Shown one piece after another: positions 1 through 7,975 of a DNA stretch of 39,461 nucleotides. Origin of the DNA: Escherichia phage PhiV-1; sequence record MT542512; one strand, written 5' to 3'. The notes beneath the pieces were generated by a model that searched no databases, was not told the DNA's origin, and saw only the letters and a program-made list of their open reading frames with translations. Both the position numbers and the translations under genes were made by a program. The number at the start of each line of letters is the position of its first letter. The first letter of the stretch is position 1.

Positions 1-180
1 CCCCCCCCTATGGCCTCCTTCAGTTCCACCCAAAGAGTGCCACCCCTATGGTAACTTATGGTTTACTTAATGTCAATCCTTATGTGTGACATTGGGATGA
101 CTTAGGGTTAACCACTAGATATGGTGCTTAGGGTGACCTTATGACCACTATATGTAGTCCTCTCTGTGTCCCTATCTGTA
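1..180. repeat. Probable terminal-repeat segment (single collapsed copy) continuing from the window end; inner boundary near 180 is inferred
   Basis: Window end (tctcatagttcatacaaagtgtttcccccccc) joined to window start (cccccccctatgg...) resembles the T7/T3 left terminus (TCTCA.AG..AAAGT.CCCCC.ATAGG); ctctctgtgtccctatctgt at 160-179 matches the inner end of the T7 terminal repeat as recalled. Confidence 0.4.
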
Positions 181-283
181 AGTGACCTTTGAGTCATCAC
201 CTTATGTTTCCTCTTTGAGTCATCACCTTATGACCTCCTTATGGCTGGCTATCCTTATGTTAACCTTCAGTCGGTGCCTTATG
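78..283. repeat. Left-end array of short CCTTATG direct repeats (counterpart of T7 CCTAAAG repeats)
   Basis: CCTTATG at 78, 137, 200, 226, 237, 253, 277; 20-bp duplicate ctttgagtcatcaccttatg at 187-206 and 213-232. Confidence 0.6.
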
Positions 284-423
284 TTTATCAGTGACCAGTA
301 GGCTACGTCACTAAGAGAATCACTATCTTACTCTGTTTAGCAGTCTCTGAGTAATGAGAGAGACAAGTAGAATTGACTGAGTGCTTATAGTGCCTTAAAG
401 GTGACTAAGAGTCAATCCCTGAT

Positions 424-446
424 TAATGCGACTCACTAATGGGATA
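424..446 (+). promoter_or_regulatory. Phage RNAP promoter (phiOL position)
   Basis: TAATGCGACTCACTAATGGGATA. Confidence 0.6.
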
Positions 447-530
447 GGTTGATTATGGTCTAATTATAATCCCTTCCTTATAGGCTAACTTAAAGACCAC
501 TTAAAGATAACTTAAAGTCTAACTAAGGGG

Positions 531-561
531 TTGACTCTAAGAAACAGCTATGGTTTAATAG
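531..561 (+). promoter_or_regulatory. sigma70-type early promoter (A1-like)
   Basis: TTGACT 531-536, about 17-nt spacer, TTTAAT/TAATAG -10 candidates 554-561; cttaaag repeats just upstream as around T7 A1. Confidence 0.45.
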
Positions 562-666
562 CTACCAGTTGAGAGACACAACGCCACCAACTACTAGACA
601 AGACCACGAGTTATCTAGTAAGGCTGAAGGGTCTCAAGTAGTCATCAACCAGACATACGAAAGTGG

Positions 667-695
667 TTGACTCAACGAAAGCAATAACGTAGTAT
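667..695 (+). promoter_or_regulatory. sigma70-type early promoter (A2-like)
   Basis: TTGACT 667-672, 17-nt spacer, TAGTAT 690-695. Confidence 0.5.
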
Positions 696-762
696 AGCAG
701 TCGTCAACAACTGGTCGCCCTCTGAAACAACATGAGGTGTCACGGTGAGAAACAAAAAGTAG

Positions 763-792
763 TTGACAAGTAGTAACGATAAGATGTAAGAT
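763..792 (+). promoter_or_regulatory. sigma70-type early promoter (A3-like)
   Basis: TTGACA 763-768, 18-nt spacer, TAAGAT 787-792; same -35/-10 hexamers as T7 A3 as recalled. Confidence 0.55.
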
Positions 793-888
793 GTACGACA
801 TAACGTTCTCGTGAAGTCCCACACTGAAAGGGACTCGGTGCTAACAAACCTGCACTTAAAGCTCTTTAACAATTTGGATAACGATAAG

Positions 889-953
889 CACTCTTGAGAT
901 GACGACAACAGCGATTAACTCAAGGTGACTCGAAAGAGAAGCCTTTATGATAA
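889..953 (+). promoter_or_regulatory. RNase III-type processing hairpin (R0.3 position)
   Basis: cttgag/ctcaag imperfect stem with G-U pairs followed by cctttatgata; resembles T7 R0.3 as recalled. Confidence 0.4.
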
Positions 954-980
954 TCACTGCAACCACATAAGGTAATCATC

Positions 981-1436
981 ATGATTCACACTAAAGAGCA
1001 AGCTAACGTTTTCTATGTACTGGTAAGCGCATTCCGTTCTAACCTGCACCACTTGGATAACATTAGCCGTCATCGTCGCTTAGTTAACAGCTTACGCAAT
1101 GCACCTCTGGAATACGGTAGCGTTGAGTCTACTGATTTAACTGGCTGTTATCATGAGGCTGGCATGGAGTCACCCTCTGAAGAGCAAACCATCCGAGTAC
1201 GCTGCACGACCAAGGCGCAAGCTATAAGTGTCGCACGGTTGGCTTGTAACGACTATGAGCAAGACTGTGTACTGGTCTATAAGTCACAGACTCACAGCGC
1301 TGCACTAATCTTTGCTGGTGGCTTGGACGGTTGGAAGACTGAGCGTATCGGGTCGTTCCAGATGGTCGCACCTGAAGTTGAACTGACAGGCAACTACACG
1401 GTCGATGAGTTCGGACGTGGCTGGAAGGTAATCTAA
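981..1436 (+). CDS. 0.3: S-adenosylmethionine lyase/hydrolase (T3-type gene 0.3 anti-restriction protein)
   Basis: 151 aa; closely matches recalled T3 SAMase (M..TKE.ANVFYVLVSAFRSNL...YGSVESTDLTGCY...VRC..KAQA..VARLACN..EQDCVLVYKSQTH); RBS aagg upstream. Confidence 0.8.
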   Translation: MIHTKEQANVFYVLVSAFRSNLHHLDNISRHRRLVNSLRNAPLEYGSVESTDLTGCYHEAGMESPSEEQTIRVRCTTKAQAISVARLACNDYEQDCVLVYKSQTHSAALIFAGGLDGWKTERIGSFQMVAPEVELTGNYTVDEFGRGWKVI

Positions 1437-1636
1437 TGGTCATGGCACTCTTTGTAATCACGATGTACGCTCTGATTGGGGCGTACTTCCTAAGAGACTT
1501 CCGCAAGGGTCTCAAGGTACACAAGGCTAACTTCTCGCACTTGAAGTATGGCTTTCTACCACGATTCACAGTCCGTGAACGTAACGGGCGCTTTAAGGCT
1601 AACAAGGTTGGTATCTTCTATGTTGCAACGCACTGA
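1436..1636 (+). CDS. Hypothetical small early membrane protein
   Basis: 66 aa, hydrophobic N-terminus (FVITMYALIGAYFL); start overlaps 0.3 stop. Confidence 0.4.
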   Translation: MVMALFVITMYALIGAYFLRDFRKGLKVHKANFSHLKYGFLPRFTVRERNGRFKANKVGIFYVATH

Positions 1637-1784
1637 TAGTTTAACTAAGAAAGTTCTGTACGCACTGGCATATGGTGCTACCAACAAGACTCTAATGCGG
1701 ACATTGCACCTGAAGCGGCTACCAGCCAGAAAGGTAGCAAAGGCACGTAAAGAAGCGCGTTTAATCCTCAATTCTCTTTCTTAA
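1620..1784 (+). CDS. Hypothetical basic early protein (start uncertain; track ORF begins 1548)
   Basis: ORF in track 1548..1784; internal ATG at 1620 gives shorter overlap with upstream gene. Confidence 0.3.
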   Translation: MLQRTDSLTKKVLYALAYGATNKTLMRTLHLKRLPARKVAKARKEARLILNSLS

Positions 1785-1804
1785 ACTCAATAGGACACAA
1801 TCTA

Positions 1805-2908
1805 ATGAACTACACCGACATTCAGGCACGTCTGGCAATCATCAAGTCACTCCCGATTAGCGAACTGGACAAGCGCCAGCCTCTTCTGGTTGCACTGGCT
1901 GCTGACATCGTGAATGGTGAGACAAGCGATGGCAACGACACAGACGGGTCGCAGGGTCTTGAGTATCAGGACTGGTGGCACACCTTGGGTGCACTCATGC
2001 GTGATGCAGGTTTCCGCATGCTGGGTAATGGTCACTTCAGTGCGGCCTACTCGCACGAAATGTTACCGGGTCGAGTCATCAAGGTTGGCTTTAAGAAAGA
2101 GGATTCAGGCGCTGCATACACTGCATTCTGTAGGATGCACCAAGGCCGTGCTGGTATCCCTAACGTCTATCACGTAGCACGTCATGCAGGTTGCTATACG
2201 GTCGTACTGGACCGCTTAAAAAGCTGTGACCGCTACGCTAACGATGTTCACGCAAAGTATGCAAGCGCTGCGCAGGAGTTCATTGAGTGCTCTGGAGGTG
2301 ATGCCGATTGGTACGCACAGTATGTTAGCAAGGAGTTCATTGAGACGTGCAAGATGATTCGTGAGTTCTTCCACGGTATTGCATCTTTCGACATGCACAG
2401 TGGGAACATTATGTTCGATGACAACGATGTCCCGTACATCACTGACCCGGTTAGTTTCTCACATGACCGTGAACGTGAGGATGGTTTCCCTCTGGACCCT
2501 GATGCGTTGATTGCCGAGGTCGAGGCGATAGCTAACGAGCGCATCATTGAACGGTGCCGCAACCGCAAGGCCAAATGTGACCCTAACGGAACCTTTCAGG
2601 TTAACCGCAAGGCCGCAATGAAACGCCGTAAGCGCAACCGCAAGTTACGTGCTAAACATGCAGCGGAAGGAATGCACCAGTTTGTCAAAGAGCGCCTTAA
2701 GCGTAAAGCTATTGACCGAAATGAACGCCGTGCTGAGATGCTCATGGGGTCTGCATGGCATTACGCATGGTTGCATAATGGTAACTCAACGTTCCGCAAG
2801 GTTGAACAAGTGAACGGCCTCAAGTGGCAACTAGGGGACCGCCTAGCAATCCAAGCGGGTCTACCTCTGAACATTGACAAGTTACTTGACGCACAACTGC
2901 AAGGCTGA
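1805..2908 (+). CDS. 0.7: Ser/Thr protein kinase / host shut-off protein
   Basis: 367 aa; strong match to recalled T7 gp0.7 (LGNGHFSAAYSH..RVIKVGFKKEDSGAAYTAFCRM..GIPNVY..HAGCYTVVLD, FDMHSGNIMF, VPYITDPVSFS). Confidence 0.9.
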   Translation: MNYTDIQARLAIIKSLPISELDKRQPLLVALAADIVNGETSDGNDTDGSQGLEYQDWWHTLGALMRDAGFRMLGNGHFSAAYSHEMLPGRVIKVGFKKEDSGAAYTAFCRMHQGRAGIPNVYHVARHAGCYTVVLDRLKSCDRYANDVHAKYASAAQEFIECSGGDADWYAQYVSKEFIETCKMIREFFHGIASFDMHSGNIMFDDNDVPYITDPVSFSHDREREDGFPLDPDALIAEVEAIANERIIERCRNRKAKCDPNGTFQVNRKAAMKRRKRNRKLRAKHAAEGMHQFVKERLKRKAIDRNERRAEMLMGSAWHYAWLHNGNSTFRKVEQVNGLKWQLGDRLAIQAGLPLNIDKLLDAQLQG

Positions 2909-2917
2909 TAAGGTGTA

Positions 2918-2955
2918 TCTTCAAGGTCGGCACTGACTGCTGGCCTTCATAGATA
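2918..2955 (+). promoter_or_regulatory. RNase III-type processing hairpin (R1 position)
   Basis: aaggtcgg...ctggcctt stem with G-U pairs then catagataaac; same family as the sites at 6297, 6817, 13473. Confidence 0.5.
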
Positions 2956-2981
2956 AACTTTCTTAACAACGTGAGGCAACA

Positions 2982-5633
2982 ATGACTAACGTAATCAACG
3001 CACCAAAGAACGACTTCTCTGACATCGCTAACGCAATCCAGCCGTACAACATTCTGGCTGACCATTACGGCGCACAGCTTGCAGCTACGCAGTTACAGCT
3101 TGAGCACGAAGCACACACCGAGGGCGAGAAGCGTTTTCTTAAGGCAATGGAACGTCAAATCAAAGCGGGTGAGTTCGGTGATAACGCAGTGGCTAAACCG
3201 CTCCTGTCATCTCTCGCACCGAAGTTCATCGAGGCGTGGAACACTTGGTTCACCGAGGTGGAAGCGAAGCGTGGCAAGCGTCCAGTAGCCTACAATCTGG
3301 TACAGAAGGTTGCACCTGAAGCGGCCGCTTTCATCACACTGAAGGTCACACTCGCTTGCTTGACGAAAGAAGAGTTCACCAACCTGCAATCGGTCGCCAC
3401 TAAGATTGGTCGCAGTATTGAGGATGAACTGCGTTTTGGTCGCATCCGTGACGAAGAAGCGAAGCACTTTAAGAACCACGTACAGGAGGCACTGAACAAG
3501 CGCGTTGGTATCGTCTACAAGAAAGCATTCATGCAAGCCGTAGAAGGCAAGATGTTAGACGCTGGTCAACTGCAAACCAAGTGGACTACATGGACACCTG
3601 AAGAATCAATTCACGTTGGTGTGCGCATGTTGGAACTGCTCATCGGGTCTACTGGTCTCGTTGAGTTACACCGACCGTTTGCTGGTAACGTTGAGAAGGA
3701 TGGCGAGTACATCCAGTTAACAGAACAATATGTAGACCTGCTATCCAAACGTGCTGGCGCACTGGCTGCAATCGCTCCGATGTATCAGCCTTGCGTGGTC
3801 CCTCCGAAGCCTTGGACTTCTCCGGTTGGTGGTGGCTATTGGGCTGCTGGTCGCAAGCCTCTCTCTCTGGTTCGCACTGGTAGCAAGAAGGGACTTGAGC
3901 GTTACAACGATGTGTATATGCCTGAAGTCTACAAGGCGGTGAACATCGCACAGAATACTCCTTGGAAGATTAACAAGAAGGTTCTGGCAGTGGTCAACGA
4001 GATTGTGAACTGGAAGCATTGCCCGGTTGAAGATGTTCCTGCTCTGGAACGTGGTGAACTGCCTGTCAAACCTGATGACATTGACACCAACGAGGCATCG
4101 CTCAAAGCGTGGAAGAAAGCGGCCTCCGCAATCTACCGCAAAGAGAAGGCACGAGTGTCTCGTCGTATGAGCATGGAGTTCATGTTAGGTCAGGCCAATA
4201 AGTTCGCACAGTTTAAAGCTATCTGGTTCCCGATGAACATGGACTGGCGCGGCCGAGTGTATGCGGTCCCAATGTTTAACCCGCAAGGCAACGACATGAC
4301 CAAAGGCTTGCTGACGCTCGCTAAAGGTAAACCAATCGGTGTCGATGGGTACTACTGGCTGAAGATTCACGGTGCTAACACTGCTGGTGTGGACAAGGTG
4401 GACTTCGCTGAACGCATCAAGTTCATTGATGACAACCACGAGAACATCATGAGCGTTGCGGCTGACCCGATTGCTAACACTTGGTGGGCTGAACAAGACT
4501 CTCCGTTCTGCTTCCTCGCGTTCTGCTTTGAGTATGCGGGAGTCCAGCATCACGGGATGAACTACAACTGCTCTTTACCGCTGGCGTTCGATGGCTCTTG
4601 CTCTGGTATTCAGCACTTCTCCGCAATGCTCCGCGATGAGGTCGGTGGTCGTGCGGTTAACCTGCTTCCAAGCAAAGAGGTACAAGACATCTACCGCATC
4701 GTTGCTGAACGTGTGAACGAGATTATGCAACAGGACGTAATCAACGGAACTGATAACGAAGTGGAAACTGTTATCAACAAGGACACTGGAGAAATCACTG
4801 AGAAGCTCAAGCTGGGTACGAAGGAACTGGCGGGTCAATGGTTGGCCTACGGTGTGACTCGCAAGGTCACTAAGCGTTCGGTCATGACGTTGGCTTACGG
4901 CTCCAAAGAGTATGGCTTCCGTGACCAAGTTCTTGAGGACACAATTCAGCCAGCTATCGACGATGGCAAGGGCTTGATGTTCACTCAACCGAACCAAGCG
5001 GCTGGCTACATGGCTAAACTGATTTGGAATGCTGTAACGGTCACAGTTGTCGCAGCGGTTGAAGCGATGAACTGGTTGAAGTCTGCTGCTAAACTTCTGG
5101 CTGCTGAAGTCAAGGACAAGAAGACCAAAGAGGTTCTCCGCAAGCGTTGCGCAGTACATTGGGTAACTCCTGATGGCTTCCCTGTGTGGCAGGAATACAA
5201 GAAGCCAGTACAGACCCGCTTGAATCTGATGTTCTTAGGCCAGATTCGTCTACAGCCTACCGTGAACACCAACAAGGATAGCGGGATTGATGCTCGTAAA
5301 CAGGAGTCAGGCATCGCACCTAACTTTGTCCACTCAATGGATGGAAGCCACCTGCGCATGACCGTGGTTCGCTCCAATGAGGTCTACGGTGTGGAATCGT
5401 TCGCACTGATTCACGACTCCTTTGGTACTATCCCTGCTGATGCTGGCAACCTGTTTAAAGCAGTGCGTGAAACGATGGTCAACACTTACGAAGAGAACGA
5501 TGTACTTGCAGACTTCTATGAGCAATTTGCTGACCAGTTGCACGAATCACAGCTTGACAAGATGCCTGAGATGCCAGCTAAAGGTTCTCTGGACCTGCAA
5601 GAAATCCTTAAGTCAGACTTTGCGTTTGCCTAA
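2982..5633 (+). CDS. 1: Single-subunit DNA-dependent RNA polymerase
   Basis: 883 aa; co-linear with T7 RNAP as recalled; motifs LAFDGSCSGIQH and HDSFGT; specificity loop R746/N748/R756/Q758 identical to T7. Confidence 0.98.
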   Translation: MTNVINAPKNDFSDIANAIQPYNILADHYGAQLAATQLQLEHEAHTEGEKRFLKAMERQIKAGEFGDNAVAKPLLSSLAPKFIEAWNTWFTEVEAKRGKRPVAYNLVQKVAPEAAAFITLKVTLACLTKEEFTNLQSVATKIGRSIEDELRFGRIRDEEAKHFKNHVQEALNKRVGIVYKKAFMQAVEGKMLDAGQLQTKWTTWTPEESIHVGVRMLELLIGSTGLVELHRPFAGNVEKDGEYIQLTEQYVDLLSKRAGALAAIAPMYQPCVVPPKPWTSPVGGGYWAAGRKPLSLVRTGSKKGLERYNDVYMPEVYKAVNIAQNTPWKINKKVLAVVNEIVNWKHCPVEDVPALERGELPVKPDDIDTNEASLKAWKKAASAIYRKEKARVSRRMSMEFMLGQANKFAQFKAIWFPMNMDWRGRVYAVPMFNPQGNDMTKGLLTLAKGKPIGVDGYYWLKIHGANTAGVDKVDFAERIKFIDDNHENIMSVAADPIANTWWAEQDSPFCFLAFCFEYAGVQHHGMNYNCSLPLAFDGSCSGIQHFSAMLRDEVGGRAVNLLPSKEVQDIYRIVAERVNEIMQQDVINGTDNEVETVINKDTGEITEKLKLGTKELAGQWLAYGVTRKVTKRSVMTLAYGSKEYGFRDQVLEDTIQPAIDDGKGLMFTQPNQAAGYMAKLIWNAVTVTVVAAVEAMNWLKSAAKLLAAEVKDKKTKEVLRKRCAVHWVTPDGFPVWQEYKKPVQTRLNLMFLGQIRLQPTVNTNKDSGIDARKQESGIAPNFVHSMDGSHLRMTVVRSNEVYGVESFALIHDSFGTIPADAGNLFKAVRETMVNTYEENDVLADFYEQFADQLHESQLDKMPEMPAKGSLDLQEILKSDFAFA

Positions 5634-5640
5634 CGGAATC

Positions 5641-5663
5641 TAATACGACTCACTAGTGGGAGA
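5641..5663 (+). promoter_or_regulatory. Phage RNAP promoter (phi1.1A position)
   Basis: TAATACGACTCACTAGTGGGAGA followed by AT-rich ctttaag x3 region. Confidence 0.7.
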
Positions 5664-5723
5664 CCCTTGGGGTTTCCCTACTTTAAGATAACTTTAAGTT
5701 TAACTTTAAGAGGAAACATAATC

Positions 5724-6281
5724 ATGTTTACTTTCATCACTTCAGTAGGCGCTCTCGTATCAACAATTCTTGCAGCAACATACTATAATCGTTCAAAGGT
5801 ATTTCTCACTAAGCTAATCAAAGAAGAGAAGAACTCTCATGCACTCAAAGAGAGACTTGAAGATGGATGGCGAGAGAAGCAGGAACTAGCTGGTCGAATC
5901 CGTACCTTAGAGTTCGAACAACAATACGACATGTCGAACCAACGAGAACTCATTGAGCGTCTACGCGCTGAGGCAGTGGAGTACCGCAAGGAACTTAAAG
6001 AGGCAAAGAGTACCATCCGTGAGTACACTCACAGTGACATCACGTCTATCAAGTTTACCGCTCACATCCCGGATGCTGGGTGGAAGCGCACTGAGTTCAA
6101 GCTGGGTATAGGGTCTTGTGGCAAAGAGGTTACATGTTTGCACTGGAAAGAACAGTCGGACCGCTATCTGCTGACACAGACGTGCACTGACGGTGAGCGC
6201 AAAGAGTTCACCTATTATAAGAAAGATGTAGCTGGTCGCATTGAGATTGCACGTAAGGTTGCAGACAATACGACTCACTAA
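5724..6281 (+). CDS. Hypothetical membrane-anchored coiled-coil protein (T3 gene 1.05 position)
   Basis: 185 aa from ATG 5724 with RBS gagga and tttaactttaag enhancer; the track ORF start at 5667 lies inside the promoter; N-terminal TM helix, central coiled coil, Cys-containing C-terminus. Confidence 0.6.
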   Translation: MFTFITSVGALVSTILAATYYNRSKVFLTKLIKEEKNSHALKERLEDGWREKQELAGRIRTLEFEQQYDMSNQRELIERLRAEAVEYRKELKEAKSTIREYTHSDITSIKFTAHIPDAGWKRTEFKLGIGSCGKEVTCLHWKEQSDRYLLTQTCTDGERKEFTYYKKDVAGRIEIARKVADNTTH

Positions 6282-6288
6282 TGGGAAA
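6266..6288 (+). promoter_or_regulatory. Phage RNAP promoter (phi1.1B position)
   Basis: CAATACGACTCACTAATGGGAAA; overlaps stop codon of upstream ORF. Confidence 0.7.
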
Positions 6289-6296
6289 CACTGAAA

Positions 6297-6340
6297 GTTA
6301 AACTCAAGGTCATCACTGCATGGTGGCCTTCATGATTAAC
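6297..6340 (+). promoter_or_regulatory. RNase III-type processing hairpin (R1.1 position)
   Basis: gttaaactcaaggtcatca / tggtggccttcatgattaac; 10-bp stem with G-U wobbles. Confidence 0.55.
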
Positions 6341-6372
6341 TGTCAACGATACTACCAAGAGGAAACAACATT

Positions 6373-6522
6373 ATGCGTACCAACTTTGAACCAACCACTA
6401 AGCGCAACAACGTAATCAACGAACACGGTGCTGAATGGCAGGAACGTAAAGACCGCATGAAGAAACGCCACAAGACACAACGTGGCAACGCTGAGAAACG
6501 TAACTGGAAGGAGGCACTCTAA
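6373..6522 (+). CDS. 1.1: Small basic protein gp1.1
   Basis: 49 aa (below track threshold); MRTNFEPTTKRNN... resembles recalled T7 gp1.1; stop overlaps 1.2 start. Confidence 0.6.
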   Translation: MRTNFEPTTKRNNVINEHGAEWQERKDRMKKRHKTQRGNAEKRNWKEAL

Positions 6523-6794
6523 TGGGTCGCTTATATAGTGGTAACTTAATGGCGTTAAAGGATGTCATCGAGAGACTTAAAGAAGACCACGATGTCAGTG
6601 TTGTAACTGAGACTTTCCGCTATGAGAACTACGCACAGCGCCGATGGGTCTCCGGTGAGACTCTCCGCATTGTTCTACGCAATGGCCTCGTACTGACATC
6701 CAAGTGTTTCGAACAGTCAGACGAAGATGTCCGGTGCAATGCACAGACTGAGTGGCTCCGCAAGGTACACGCAGACCTGAAGCACTGGAAGTAA
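6522..6794 (+). CDS. 1.2: Inhibitor of host dGTP triphosphohydrolase
   Basis: 90 aa; MGRLYSGNL... N-terminus and DEDV...W...DLKHWK C-terminus as in T7 gp1.2. Confidence 0.8.
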   Translation: MGRLYSGNLMALKDVIERLKEDHDVSVVTETFRYENYAQRRWVSGETLRIVLRNGLVLTSKCFEQSDEDVRCNAQTEWLRKVHADLKHWK

Positions 6795-6814
6795 TACGAC
6801 TCACTAATGCGAAA
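6792..6814 (+). promoter_or_regulatory. Phage RNAP promoter (phi1.3 position)
   Basis: TAATACGACTCACTAATGCGAAA (C at +2). Confidence 0.6.
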
Positions 6815-6816
6815 GA

Positions 6817-6861
6817 GTTAAACTAAAGGTCATCCATAATACGGTGGCCTTTGTGATTAAC
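6817..6861 (+). promoter_or_regulatory. RNase III-type processing hairpin (R1.3 position)
   Basis: gttaaactaaaggtcatc / ggtggcctttgtgattaac. Confidence 0.55.
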
Positions 6862-6898
6862 TTTTGACTACTTAATAACCAACAATAGGAGTTCCATC

Positions 6899-7930
6899 AT
6901 GGAAATCACATTCAAGACTAACCCTTTTAAAGCTGTATCCTACGTTGAGTCTGCCATTAAGAAAGCACTCGACAAAGCTGGCTACCTGATTGCTGACACT
7001 AAGCATGATGGTGTACGTGGTAACATCGTGGTTGACAATACGGCTGACTGCCTGTGGCTATCCCGTGTCTCCAAGACCATCCCCGCGCTTGAGCACCTCA
7101 ATGGGTTCGACCAACGCTGGGCTAATGTTCTCAAAGATGACCGCTGGATTTTCCCTGATGGCTTCATGCTGGATGGTGAACTGATGGTCAAAGGCGTAGA
7201 CTTCAACACAGGGTCTGGCCTACTGCGTACCAAGTGGCTCAAGAAGACAAACTGTGGATTTGATATTGGTGGAGTAGAGCCTCTCAAGGGGAGTAAAGTA
7301 GACTTCTGCCTAGACCCTAAGAAACTTAAGGTTGTCCTGTATGCCGCTATGCCGTATCACGATATGGTAGAAGGCAAAGAGTACGGCGTTATGTCCCTCC
7401 TGATGCAAGAGCATGTGCGTTCCCTCATTCCGGTTCTTAGTGAACACTTCCCGGAAATCACATGGGAACTCTCTGAGGCCAAAGAAGTATACGACATGGT
7501 AGAACTTCAGGAACTCTACGAGAAAGCCCGTGCCGATGGTCATGAAGGTCTGGTCGTCAAAGACCCGCTGGAAGTCTACAAGCGTGGCAAGAAGTCTGGC
7601 TGGTGGAAGATGAAGCCTGAGAATGAAGCTGATGGTATTATCGTTGGTATCAATTGGGGGACTAAAGGTCTCGCTAATGAAGGCAAAGTTATTGGCTTCG
7701 AGGTTCTCTTGGAGTCCGGTCGTGTAGTCTCTGCCAACAACATTAGTCAAGCATTGATGGATGAGTTTACCGCTGCCGTCAAACATGCTGAGTCTGTGGG
7801 TATGGGTATGCCGTACACTGGCTTCGCCTGTCAGGTAGCCTACATGGAGGAAACTCCTGATGGTTCTCTTCGTCACCCATCGTTCGTTATGTTCCGTGGT
7901 GTCGAGTCAGACCCAACGGTCAAGATGTAA
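6899..7930 (+). CDS. 1.3: ATP-dependent DNA ligase
   Basis: 343 aa; KxDG adenylation motif (TKHDGVRG); strong match to recalled T7 ligase. Confidence 0.95.
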   Translation: MEITFKTNPFKAVSYVESAIKKALDKAGYLIADTKHDGVRGNIVVDNTADCLWLSRVSKTIPALEHLNGFDQRWANVLKDDRWIFPDGFMLDGELMVKGVDFNTGSGLLRTKWLKKTNCGFDIGGVEPLKGSKVDFCLDPKKLKVVLYAAMPYHDMVEGKEYGVMSLLMQEHVRSLIPVLSEHFPEITWELSEAKEVYDMVELQELYEKARADGHEGLVVKDPLEVYKRGKKSGWWKMKPENEADGIIVGINWGTKGLANEGKVIGFEVLLESGRVVSANNISQALMDEFTAAVKHAESVGMGMPYTGFACQVAYMEETPDGSLRHPSFVMFRGVESDPTVKM

Positions 7931-7940
7931 GTAAATCAAT

Positions 7941-7975
7941 GGTCAGTCCTTAGCGGGGCTGGCCTTTTGCGTTTC
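7941..7975 (+). terminator. Intrinsic terminator for host RNAP (TE position)
   Basis: ggtcagtcc-ttagc-ggggctggcc hairpin followed by ttttgcgtttc, immediately after ligase as in T7. Confidence 0.5.

Noticed and set aside
1-8. Poly-C runs at both window ends as a biological homopolymer pair or CRISPR-like/telomere feature
   Set aside because: More simply explained as the single C-run of the terminal sequence duplicated by linearisation of a circularised assembly
5667-5723. Upstream start (5667) for the 204-aa version of the ORF after gene 1
   Set aside because: This start lies 4 nt after the phi1.1A promoter 23-mer with no RBS; ATG 5724 has RBS and leader
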